Under the pieces are notes generated by a model. It ran no database searches and was not told the origin of the DNA. It saw nothing but the letters and a program-made list of their open reading frames with translations. Shown piece by piece: positions 50,514 to 59,367 of a DNA stretch of 64,000 nucleotides; within the stretch, counting starts at the first letter, position 1, and each line of letters opens with the position of its first letter. The stretch comes from an uncultured bacterium (GTDB lineage: Bacteria; Patescibacteriota; Minisyncoccia; Phycocordibacterales; DATDWN01), in contig CAIQCQ010000034.1 in the NCBI GenBank assembly GCA_903870365.1, positions 2,665 to 66,664 on the forward strand. The letters run 5' to 3'. The position numbers were made by a program, and so were the translations under genes.

Positions 50514-50680
50514 ATGAGGTCACTGTTTTACCAGTGACCTCCCTGCTTTCGAGATGACATTTATTAGTTGGGCCTAACCATACAACAGGTCCCGGACTGC
50601 GCCCGGAAAAGCACGGGTCCATTCCATAACCAAACGAACAAACTTTTCTTGCAAAATTACTGCAAGGTCATCTCCTAAAA
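50513..50680 (-). ncRNA. Candidate structured small RNA
   Basis: TTGACA/TAGTCT promoter, GAGATGAC...GTCATCTC long-range stem, terminator GAGGTCACTG/CAGTGACCTC; only a 4-codon ORF at the 5' end. Confidence 0.4.
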
Positions 50681-50762
50681 GACTAACCTATACGAAAAAT
50701 AATGTCAACATCTTTTAAACACAAAACCCACCGAAGCAGGCTGTGCCATATTTGGTGGGTTG

Positions 50763-50996
50763 TCAATATTGTTCTTCTGCAAGTGGAACCCTGTAACCTT
50801 CCCGTAAAATTGCCACACACTCACTGACACACCTATCACAAATATACGTAATGACAGAAATTGACAATTTTACCGTAGCTTTTGCAGAGGACAATTTAAT
50901 ATCTTGCGTGTTGCAATCTGTATCCTCTGGACTTCTTATCATTTTTTCGACATAGCCTTGAGATTTCCCACAAAAATTACACCGTATATCGTCCAT
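50763..50996 (-). CDS. Stand-alone ClpX C4-type zinc-finger protein
   Basis: CNFCGKSQ..V.KMI...YICDRCVSEC..IL matches the ClpX N-terminal zinc-binding domain; TTGACA promoter and GGAG SD. Confidence 0.75.
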   Translation of the reverse strand: MDDIRCNFCGKSQGYVEKMIRSPEDTDCNTQDIKLSSAKATVKLSISVITYICDRCVSECVAILREGYRVPLAEEQY

Positions 50997-51120
50997 ATAG
51001 ATCTCCAAAAAAACATTAACATTACTTTATTTGATTTGTCAACTAAAGATGAATCAGGTAGATTCCGGGTCAAATCCGGAATGACCAAGTTGGAGACTTT
51101 TAAACGTACGACTTTATGGA

Positions 51121-52311
51121 CTACTTCCCCACCTGTTTCAACGCCTTTTCCAAAGCGTGCAGTGCGAAATCAATATCTGCCTGAGTTGTCTCACGACCAA
51201 GTGTAAAGCGGATAGATGACAGTGCACAGTCTGGCTTACCAAGCGAAGCCACCACATAGGACGACGAATCTTCTTTCAATGTTTGGCACGATGATGAATA
51301 CGACGCTGCTACTCCGTAGGTGTCCAAGGCCACTACCAGATATTCTGCATCAAGACCTTTGAAACAGATGCTTATATTATTCGGTACTCGATGTTTACGA
51401 GAACCATTGATTTCCGCACCTTCAAATCGTTTGAGAATTTCATCAATACAATAGTCTCGTAATTTTTCTAGACGAATCGATAGTTCCTTCCGTTCAACCT
51501 TTGCACACGATAAAGCTGTAGCCAGACCAAGCATCCGGGTAACATCTTCTGTACCACTGCGCAAACCCATTTCTTGTCCCCCACCAAACATAACCGGTGA
51601 CCAGTTAACTCCATGACGCACATACAAACAACCAATTCCAGCAGGTCCATACACCTTTAACCCATCCAAAGTTAACAGATCCACTCCCAACGTCGATACA
51701 TCTAATGTGTAGAACAATGGCGCCTGACACGCATCAGTGTGGAAAAGAATCTCGAAGCGAGAAGCTTGAGATTTAATTTTGACTGCGCGGACAATCTCGC
51801 GCAATGGTTGCACGACCCCAATCTCATTATTCACATACATGATCGACACCAACACCGTATTGTTTTGTATCGCATCCACAACCTGCTGTGCAGTAATCAA
51901 TCCATCGGAATCCGGTGTGAGTAATGTTACTTCACCACCTCGTCTGGTGACCTCTGCCAATACTTCCCGGACCGACGAATGTTCGGTCAATACAGAAATA
52001 ATATGTGGTCGTGCAATACCATGCTGTTGTGCATATGCAAATGTACCAAGAATAGCGAGATTGTTACTCTCCGTACCACCAGCAGTAAAAACAATCCGCT
52101 CGTGTGCTGTGTTTAAAAAACGAGCCACTTCACTGCGCGCCTGGAGCATGATTTCTTTGACCTGCCGAGCTTCGGTATACAATGCACTTGGATTGGCAAA
52201 ATGTAACTCCGCATAATCACGCATAACAACTTTAACCTCTGCACGAACAGGGGTGGCCGACGCATAGTCGAGAAATATGCGCTCTTGTTTTTTCTTCAAA
52301 AAATTAAACAT
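51121..52311 (-). CDS. iscS: Cysteine desulfurase (IscS/NifS family)
   Basis: IFLDYASATP, NPS, GGTESNN, VNNEIG, HTDACQ, KVYGP, RSGT, SSC. Confidence 0.9.
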   Translation of the reverse strand: MFNFLKKKQERIFLDYASATPVRAEVKVVMRDYAELHFANPSALYTEARQVKEIMLQARSEVARFLNTAHERIVFTAGGTESNNLAILGTFAYAQQHGIARPHIISVLTEHSSVREVLAEVTRRGGEVTLLTPDSDGLITAQQVVDAIQNNTVLVSIMYVNNEIGVVQPLREIVRAVKIKSQASRFEILFHTDACQAPLFYTLDVSTLGVDLLTLDGLKVYGPAGIGCLYVRHGVNWSPVMFGGGQEMGLRSGTEDVTRMLGLATALSCAKVERKELSIRLEKLRDYCIDEILKRFEGAEINGSRKHRVPNNISICFKGLDAEYLVVALDTYGVAASYSSSCQTLKEDSSSYVVASLGKPDCALSSIRFTLGRETTQADIDFALHALEKALKQVGK

Positions 52312-52373
52312 ATGTTGAGTGTACCGCAAAATGCTTCTTTGCAAAAGAGTATTTTTACTGTATAGTAAATTTC

Positions 52374-52853
52374 ATGCAAATTGACGTTTATTTGATCACA
52401 TATGCACTTGCTGGCATGAGCATCATATTGCTCGGCTGGGTCATCTACCTGCACATAAAAATCCGCCGACTACTCGTAGGTAAAGACGCAAAGTCCCTCG
52501 AAGATACACTGACTCATGCACATGCAGAGATTCGAGAATTGCGAAAATTTGAAACAGAGTGTTTGGCATATTTTACAGATGTTGAAAAACGCCTGAGCAG
52601 ATCCATCCAGGCAGTCGAGACTGTTCGCTTTAACCCTTTTCAGGGTTCAGGTGTCGGAGGAAACCAGAGTTTTTCAACAGTCCTCTTGTCTGAAAAAGGT
52701 GACGGTGTTGTCCTGTCATCTCTCTACTCGCGAGATCGTGTCAGTATTTTCTCCAAGCCACTATCAAAATTCCAAAGTGATTTTGACATGACAGAAGAAG
52801 AACTGTCTGTACTCACATCTGCAAAAGCCAAGGTAGGAATAAACCAAAAATAA
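52374..52853 (+). CDS. DUF4446 family protein
   Basis: N-terminal TM, VRFNPF...GGNQSFS, GVVLSSLYSR, TEEE. Confidence 0.85.
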   Translation: MQIDVYLITYALAGMSIILLGWVIYLHIKIRRLLVGKDAKSLEDTLTHAHAEIRELRKFETECLAYFTDVEKRLSRSIQAVETVRFNPFQGSGVGGNQSFSTVLLSEKGDGVVLSSLYSRDRVSIFSKPLSKFQSDFDMTEEELSVLTSAKAKVGINQK

Positions 52854-52938
52854 AAATCGATACAATATTTTAATTTCGAAATTTAAAATTTACTCTGAGA
52901 CAAATCTTTACGATGCCGAAACATAATAAAAACAAACC

Positions 52939-54444
52939 ATGCCCGACACTAGCCACACTACAACAAAACGTCCTCCTGTCGTCGCCATCATGGGTCATAT
53001 TGATCATGGTAAATCAACACTCCTCTCATATATTCGTAAAAGCGCCCTCGCGTTAAACGAAGCAGGTGGTATCACTCAGCATATTTCTGCGTATGAAGTC
53101 GAACATCCTACAGCAGACGGCGTAGCGAAGATCACCTTCATCGACACACCCGGACATGCCGCTTTTTCTGGTCACCGCAACCGTGGAGCATCTATCGCTG
53201 ATGTATGTATCCTCGTGGTCTCTGCCGAAGATGGTGTCAAACCTCAAACTGTCGAAGCCCTCAATTCAATAAAAAAAAGCAACACTCCGTATATTGTCGC
53301 CATTACAAAGACAGACAAGCCTGATGCCAATATTGAGCGCACAAAACAATCACTGGCTGAACACGACATCTTTGTTGAAGGCTACGGTGGCGATATCCCT
53401 ATGGTAGCTGTTTCTGGAAAAACCGGCGCTGGTATTCCCGAACTTCTTGATATGATCCTCCTAGTGGCTGATTTGGAAAACCTCATGGGAGATCGCGGAG
53501 CTCTTGCCTCTGGTATGATTATTGAAAATAATCTCGATATCCGTAAAGGTATCTCTGCAACCTGTATCATCACTAATGGAAGTTTGGTCAAGGGTAATTT
53601 TGTTATTTCTGAACAAGCCATCACCCCTGTCCGTATGGTAGAAAATTGGAAAGGCCAACCAATACAAGACGCCACTTTTTCCATGCCGATAAAACTCATT
53701 GGTTGGGATAGTCTACCAACAGTTGGAAGTACCTTTAAAACATTTGAAACAAAAAAAGAAGCGGAAGAATATATAAAGCAAATGGAAAGTGGAAAGTCGA
53801 AAGTGGAAAGTCGAGAAGATACACAGAAAAATACAGACGTTAAAGATTTTCCACTCGTCATCAAAGCAGATACTGGTGGTAGTTTGGAGGCACTGACTCA
53901 GGAGATCATGAAGTCAGAAATGGAACGCATCCGACCACATATTGTTTTTTCTGGTATCGGCGCGGTATCTGAAAACGATATTCGTATGGCCAAAGGTAAA
54001 GACAATGCTATCGTTATCGGTTTTCATGTCAAAGTGGATCCACAAGCAAAAACTCTGGCTGAACGAGATGGTGTGACCATACAACATTTTGATGTCATTT
54101 ATACTATGTCAGAATGGCTCAAAGAAACACTCCTCGCACAAACACCAAAAAGAGAAGTTGAGGAACAAACTGGCGAAGCAAAAGTACTCAAAATGTTCAG
54201 TAAAGTCAAAGACAAACAAGTCATTGGCTGTCGTATGGAAACAGGTAGTATGCACGTCGGCGACATTGTTAAAATCATGCGTCGAGATAGTGAGATTGGT
54301 AGTGGTAAAGTACGCGAACTACAATCACAGAAATTAAAAATCTCGAGTGTCGAAGAAGGTAAAGAATTTGGCACCTTGGTCGAAGCAAAAATAGAAATCG
54401 CTCCTGGTGACAAACTACAGGTATTTACTCTTACTCAAAAATAA
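52939..54444 (+). CDS. infB: Translation initiation factor IF-2 (short form)
   Basis: RPPVVAIMGHIDHGKSTLL, GGITQHI, DTPGH, IKADT.GSLEAL. Confidence 0.97.
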   Translation: MPDTSHTTTKRPPVVAIMGHIDHGKSTLLSYIRKSALALNEAGGITQHISAYEVEHPTADGVAKITFIDTPGHAAFSGHRNRGASIADVCILVVSAEDGVKPQTVEALNSIKKSNTPYIVAITKTDKPDANIERTKQSLAEHDIFVEGYGGDIPMVAVSGKTGAGIPELLDMILLVADLENLMGDRGALASGMIIENNLDIRKGISATCIITNGSLVKGNFVISEQAITPVRMVENWKGQPIQDATFSMPIKLIGWDSLPTVGSTFKTFETKKEAEEYIKQMESGKSKVESREDTQKNTDVKDFPLVIKADTGGSLEALTQEIMKSEMERIRPHIVFSGIGAVSENDIRMAKGKDNAIVIGFHVKVDPQAKTLAERDGVTIQHFDVIYTMSEWLKETLLAQTPKREVEEQTGEAKVLKMFSKVKDKQVIGCRMETGSMHVGDIVKIMRRDSEIGSGKVRELQSQKLKISSVEEGKEFGTLVEAKIEIAPGDKLQVFTLTQK

Positions 54445-54461
54445 TACAAATAACACATACC

Positions 54462-54791
54462 ATGAGCCTACGAGACGAACGTATAGAAGAACAGTTACGA
54501 GGATTGGCAGGACAGTTTTTGTCGTTGCATGGTAATACCTCATCCTTGCTAACTGTCACCAAAGTTGAGATGTCAAAAGACGCGAAAAATGCTATGATCT
54601 TTTTCACAGTATTCCCGCAAAGTTTCGAGAAAACTGCGTTGCAATTTGCCAAGCGAAAGCGAAGTGAATTTAAACATTTCATCAAAGATAACGTGAGTTT
54701 TGGCAAAATCCCTTTCATTGATTTTGCTATTGATTTGGGTGAGAAAAACCGTCAACGTATTGATGAGATATCAAACATAACCGAAGAATAA
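54462..54791 (+). CDS. rbfA: Ribosome-binding factor A
   Basis: Follows infB; TVTKVEMSKD...A, IP.IDF..D......RI. Confidence 0.88.
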   Translation: MSLRDERIEEQLRGLAGQFLSLHGNTSSLLTVTKVEMSKDAKNAMIFFTVFPQSFEKTALQFAKRKRSEFKHFIKDNVSFGKIPFIDFAIDLGEKNRQRIDEISNITEE

Positions 54792-54794
54792 TAC

Positions 54795-54869
54795 GACCTG
54801 GTGGCCAAGTGGTAAGGCGAAGCTCTGCAAAAGCTTTATACGGCGGTTCGATTCCGCCCCAGGTCTCCA
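54795..54869 (+). tRNA. tRNA-Cys(GCA)
   Basis: GACCTGG...AAGCT-CTGCAAA-AGCTT...GGTTCGATTCC...CCAGGTCTCCA. Confidence 0.95.
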
Positions 54870-54895
54870 AGAAAAAGTTTTACTTTTTCTCACAT

Positions 54896-54977
54896 GCCTG
54901 GGTGGTGGAATTGGTTTACACGCACGACTTAAAATCGTGTTCCGCAAGGAATATGGGTTCGACTCCCATCCCAGGCA
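54896..54977 (+). tRNA. tRNA-Leu(TAA)
   Basis: GCCTGGG...CACGA-CTTAAAA-TCGTG, long variable arm, GGTTCGACTCC. Confidence 0.95.
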
Positions 54978-55160
54978 CTAGAAAATCACAAAGTGATTTT
55001 TAGCTGGGAAACAAAACCAATATCTTGGTTTTGTGTTGGGAATCGAACAGATTGTCGGTCTACGCTCACACCAGTGAGTGTCGACAATCTGGTGCCCAGA
55101 AATATTCAAGCGACGGCGAGAACATTTCGAGGGAGACTCCCATCCCAGGCACTAGAAAAT
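54978..55160 (+). repeat. tRNA-3'-associated mini element (after tRNA-Leu TAA) ending in a 26-bp duplication of the tRNA 3' end
   Basis: GACTCCCATCCCAGGCACTAGAAAAT at 54961 and 55135; antisense TGGGAATCGAAC; conserved core. Confidence 0.85.
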
Positions 55161-55207
55161 ACTTTCACAAAAAATTTCCATACGTGTATGGAAATTTTTT
55201 GTATCTG

Positions 55208-55280
55208 TGCGCCCACCAGGGATCGAACCTGGGACCTTGTCCTTAAGAGGGACCTGCTCTACCAGCTGAGCTATAGGCGC
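55208..55280 (-). tRNA. tRNA-Lys(CTT)
   Basis: GCGCCTATAGCTCAG...GTCC-CTCTTAA-GGAC...GGTTCGATCCC...GGGCGCA. Confidence 0.94.
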
Positions 55281-55487
55281 ATATTAATTTATTCTCACAT
55301 ACCGAGCCTCTACTGTATACCGACCAAAACAGTCCCAAACCAGACAAAAAGTATTCTACCATTTTATTTATGAAAACCAAAGTACACCCCCAGAATTTTC
55401 TACATAAAAAATTATTGATAATCCCCTTTTCATCATTTTCAGAGTTGATATAATTGGTATACACTATTTGTCTTAGTTATAGAAAAA

Positions 55488-56138
55488 ATGAGTAAAAGAA
55501 AATCAAAAATAAAAATCATCTGGACAACAAATTTTGCATACGCAATAGGGCTAATTACTACAGATGGTAACCTATCCAATGATGGTAGACATATTCTCTA
55601 TACAACAAAAGATGAACAACTAGCTATTACATACAAAAAATGCCTAGATATCACAAATAAAATTGGTAAAAAATCAAGAGGATTTGGAAAAGAAAAAAAG
55701 TATTACGTAATACAGTTTGGTGATATAAATTTTTATGAATTTCTTATTACTATTGGAATAACACCCCGCAAATCAAAAACCCTTATACAAATACAAATAC
55801 CAAATAAATATTTTGCGGATTTTTTACGAGGATGTATTGATGGTGACGGTACTATTTCAATATCAGATCATCCAGAGTCACAATACAAACAATTAAAAAT
55901 TCGTTTATCTTCTGCAAGCCCGTTATTTCTTCAATGGATTGGCGAAAAAATAGCTCTTTTGATCAAAACAAAAGGTGGTCATATTTATACAGATAAAACA
56001 AAATCCGTCTCAACACTTTCTTATGCAAAAGCAGATGGTGGAAAAATCCTGAAATGTATGTATTATAAGAAGGATCTTCCTTGTTTAAAAAGAAAAGAGA
56101 AGATTGCTAAAAAATGGGCGAGTGGCGCAATTGGCTAG
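55488..56138 (+). CDS. Double-motif LAGLIDADG homing-endonuclease-like protein
   Basis: AYAIGLITTDG and FLRGCIDGDG, TPRKS, L.RK; the stop codon lies inside tRNA-Leu(TAG). Confidence 0.9.
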   Translation: MSKRKSKIKIIWTTNFAYAIGLITTDGNLSNDGRHILYTTKDEQLAITYKKCLDITNKIGKKSRGFGKEKKYYVIQFGDINFYEFLITIGITPRKSKTLIQIQIPNKYFADFLRGCIDGDGTISISDHPESQYKQLKIRLSSASPLFLQWIGEKIALLIKTKGGHIYTDKTKSVSTLSYAKADGGKILKCMYYKKDLPCLKRKEKIAKKWASGAIG

Positions 56139-56198
56139 ACGCGCTAGTCTTAGGAACTAGTGGAGCAATCCGTGGGGGTTCAAGTCCCCCCTCGCCCA
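56116..56198 (+). tRNA. tRNA-Leu(TAG), integration site of the island
   Basis: GGGCGAG...CTAGT-CTTAGGA-ACTAG, long variable arm, GGTTCAAGTCC...CTCGCCCA. Confidence 0.95.
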
Positions 56199-57820
56199 CC
56201 CTTAGAGACTTTGAGGTCTTCGAGATCATCAAAGGGTGAATTAAGTGTTGTATTTACTACATTTTTTCCTTGAATGGTAAAGTTCAAGAAGATTTTGCGT
56301 ATAAAATAGTCCAATTCTTTCATATCTCTGCTTTTAGCTATATAACTAGCGGTATTATCTAGTAGTTCAAGGAACTCAGCGTAAGTCAGTATATTGACCT
56401 TGCCCTTAGCGATAAGTTTTTGAGCTTTTTGTATCTCCCCATTGATCGTAACTATTTCTGCCTTAGACTTCTGTAAATCTAATTTATACTCATCCTTTAT
56501 TTCCTTTGTCTCATCACTAATAAGCATATCCTTTATCTTGACGATCTTCTCATTTATTTTTCTTTCTTTAGCTTGCAAAGAAAGTACTTGTGTTTTTGCT
56601 TTAGAAATCCTCTGATCAGAAACTATTTTCATTTCTTTGGTGTAGTGATCGTAACTCTTTTCGGATGAAAAAGGCTTTTGATCCAAATACTTACAAATAT
56701 AATCAATCACTACTTTTGCTCTGACTGATTTCCCATACATATCACAGTCATCAGTTTCGCATCTATAATAAAAATAGTTTGTTGTACCCTCTTTCGTTTT
56801 CTTTGCAGTAATACCTGCACTCATAGGCTCACCACACTCTGCACACAAAACCATTCCTCTCAGCAGATCAGCTTTCACACCACCAGTTTTCCTATACTTT
56901 TTTGTGATAGCTATAAGTTGTTTGTCCTTAGAAAGTTTATTGATTGTCATAAACTCTGGAACGGTAATCATGGCTGAAAATCCATAATGTTCAATCAAAT
57001 TGATCACATCATTTTTCCCATAGTTGAGAATACCTGTATAGATAGGGTCTTTCATAAACTTCTCTACCCTTTGCTTGGTCATTTTTATAAATCTTGGCGT
57101 ATGATCCTTATGCCAGGTATGGTAGCCATTACTATTTAGAAAATCAGCTATTTCTGACATAATAACGCCACGCAATCTCATCTTAAATGCTTCTTTGATG
57201 AGAAGAAAATTATTGCCATCTGGCTGCAAACGCTGAAGTGCATCTTTGTAATATCCATGCTTTGCTTTATTGATATACTTGCCCTCACCCACACTTCTCT
57301 TATTACCTCTGCTCACATTATCGCTGAGCTTGTCAGAGTATTCTTTTGACAACACAAAGGTAATGCCTAAAAGCATTTTTCCACTCGTGTCATTTTGAAA
57401 AGTAAAACTGACAAACTTCAAATCTCTGATAATCTGCTTATCAACAAGATCAATAATTTCTCCCGCCTCTTTCATATTTCTAGCAAGACGATCAGGATGC
57501 CATGCTATCACCCCACCGTATTTACCCTTTTTAAGGTCATTGAGTAACTGTCTAAACTTAGGTCTCGTATCAGGCTCTTTTGCCGACTCAGCTTCTACAA
57601 TAATATCTTGCTTCTTTACAGTAATATCATTCCTCTCTGCAAACTCAGTACACTCTGCTATTTGGTCCTGCAAAGAGCGAACTTGTTTATCACTTTCATC
57701 AGTGGATTTTCTAACATAAATTGCATAGACGCAGTCTTCAGGGACAAAAACACTATCACTGCTTTTTAGCTGTTGTAGTGCATTTTTTAGTTCTTCAGGA
57801 GTTGTAATCGGATTAAGCAT
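56180..57820 (-). CDS. Large serine recombinase (resolvase + recombinase + Zn-ribbon/coiled-coil domains)
   Basis: YVRKST (catalytic Ser), ESAK...RPKF, WHPDRLARN, P.YTG, LLRGMVLCAECG...YYRC....C. Confidence 0.95.
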   Translation of the reverse strand: MLNPITTPEELKNALQQLKSSDSVFVPEDCVYAIYVRKSTDESDKQVRSLQDQIAECTEFAERNDITVKKQDIIVEAESAKEPDTRPKFRQLLNDLKKGKYGGVIAWHPDRLARNMKEAGEIIDLVDKQIIRDLKFVSFTFQNDTSGKMLLGITFVLSKEYSDKLSDNVSRGNKRSVGEGKYINKAKHGYYKDALQRLQPDGNNFLLIKEAFKMRLRGVIMSEIADFLNSNGYHTWHKDHTPRFIKMTKQRVEKFMKDPIYTGILNYGKNDVINLIEHYGFSAMITVPEFMTINKLSKDKQLIAITKKYRKTGGVKADLLRGMVLCAECGEPMSAGITAKKTKEGTTNYFYYRCETDDCDMYGKSVRAKVVIDYICKYLDQKPFSSEKSYDHYTKEMKIVSDQRISKAKTQVLSLQAKERKINEKIVKIKDMLISDETKEIKDEYKLDLQKSKAEIVTINGEIQKAQKLIAKGKVNILTYAEFLELLDNTASYIAKSRDMKELDYFIRKIFLNFTIQGKNVVNTTLNSPFDDLEDLKVSKGGRGGT

Positions 57821-57971
57821 AGTTGGCAGTATTTTATCATTTTTGCTTACTACCGCCTAAATACACTGGATTATGAAAAATGGAGTGGTTTTGAGACAAA
57901 CCATAGTATTTACTGGTTACGAGCTATAGAGAGCAGGATCCTTTGAATAGGAGCTGGTGTGGGTCTATATA

Positions 57972-58742
57972 TCAATCAGACCAGCCTAAACGCTCGTTAT
58001 TTTTAGGACGAAACATTTTGAACTTTATTCGGTATTCAACTTCTTTAGATATAAATACGGGATCGCCACCACCATATAAAGAAATCTTTGGCTTTCCATT
58101 TTTCTCATAAAAATCTTTATCGTGTTTCTCTATATCAAAAATAGTAGCTTCATATGCAAGTCGATGCTCGTATGAGAAACCTCTGTCTTTCAATTCTTTC
58201 TCGATATGATCAGGCCACTTGATAATGAGGTTATCTTCAGAGTCATCGAAACGTAGACCGAGTTCAACAAGAAACTGTACGATGCTATTCAGAGGAAAGA
58301 TCACGAGCCAATCTTCTTTCTTTCCAATCGTATCAAGTCCACCGATATATTGATCAAAACAATTATTACGGATGCTGTCTTCGGTAATAGCGACTGCATA
58401 TTTATTCTCTAGGACTCTATCAACAGTAGGTCCCATTTTAGAGCCAAACATATAACCACAGTGCATAAACTCGTCTGTTGGAAAAGTTCGTTCTATGTCT
58501 CCCGATGCTATCCTTTGAAAACGACTAGTTAGACCACTTGCTGAGTCATAATATTCAGTGAACTCGTAATATGTTCCGTATATTCCATGTCTGCCGTTTT
58601 TCTCATATTCTGCGAACATTTCTTTCAACTCCTGTGAAATTTCTGACCCAGCAATTTTCTCAGCCAATCTTTTCCAGTCGACAAACGGCGTAACATCTAA
58701 TTTGTATCCGAATTGTTTTGGGAAGATTTGTTTTCCGAACAT
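57972..58742 (-). CDS. Hypothetical protein (island cargo)
   Basis: 256-aa ORF, no recognised motif. Confidence 0.6.
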   Translation of the reverse strand: MFGKQIFPKQFGYKLDVTPFVDWKRLAEKIAGSEISQELKEMFAEYEKNGRHGIYGTYYEFTEYYDSASGLTSRFQRIASGDIERTFPTDEFMHCGYMFGSKMGPTVDRVLENKYAVAITEDSIRNNCFDQYIGGLDTIGKKEDWLVIFPLNSIVQFLVELGLRFDDSEDNLIIKWPDHIEKELKDRGFSYEHRLAYEATIFDIEKHDKDFYEKNGKPKISLYGGGDPVFISKEVEYRIKFKMFRPKNNERLGWSD

Positions 58743-58772
58743 AGTATTTTTATATAAAGATATTATAGCTTT

Positions 58773-59132
58773 TTATGCACCTATTCGTCCAAACCTTGCA
58801 TCATTGATCATTTGTTCCCACGATGAGAAATAACTTGATAATCGAGATAGATTTCCAAGAGCACCCCAAGCCATAACGGAAAAATGCTCAATTTTTACTT
58901 TCTGTTCCTTACCGTTTTCTTGGTAAAGAACATACAAATGATCTACACCAGCGCCAACGCCCTTTTGACTATTCACACTTTGAATACTTTTGACTGGTAT
59001 AGTAAACATTTTCTTACCACCTTTTGTCTCAAAATATAGATCCATCTTTGTGAGCACAAGTGCACCAGACTTTGTATTGAATAAACCACCTTTGAACTTT
59101 AGTTTATCTTCTTTCTTTATAATTTGTTCCAT
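58773..59132 (-). CDS. PH/GRAM-like domain small protein (island cargo)
   Basis: G.LVLT...L.F.......F.IP...I.SV pattern with a C-terminal helix containing W. Confidence 0.55.
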   Translation of the reverse strand: MEQIIKKEDKLKFKGGLFNTKSGALVLTKMDLYFETKGGKKMFTIPVKSIQSVNSQKGVGAGVDHLYVLYQENGKEQKVKIEHFSVMAWGALGNLSRLSSYFSSWEQMINDARFGRIGA

Positions 59133-59159
59133 GTGTTTTCAGTTATCTAGTAAGCCACA

Positions 59160-59285
59160 TGGAAACTTTTTGATACAAAAAGCCCACCACATGGGTGAGG
59201 GCCGAAGCCCTCCATACCAGTTTCCCGATATGACCTGTAACAGCACCCCATATGATGGGTTTTTTATCTGTTACAGGATTTTTCA
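59160..59285. ncRNA. Structured leader or antisense-RNA-like element (c4/CI-like architecture)
   Basis: GAGGGC-CGAA-GCCCTC hairpin, CCTGTAACAG/CTGTTACAGG inverted pair, GGAAACT/AGTTTCC pair. Confidence 0.35.
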
Positions 59286-59367
59286 CCATGCCAGTGATTG
59301 CTCAGTGGTTTAGGCTACTTTTGCTTATTCAGTTGTATACTTCTATCATATCACTTTTCCAATAAAA

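Noticed and set aside
54961-55160. Prophage attL/attR pair at tRNA-Leu(TAA)
   Set aside because: The repeats are only 174 bp apart and enclose the non-coding mini element, not an integrase-bearing element.
55281-56138. Group I intron or intein hosting the LAGLIDADG ORF
   Set aside because: Both flanking tRNAs are uninterrupted; no intron core or intein splice motifs were seen.
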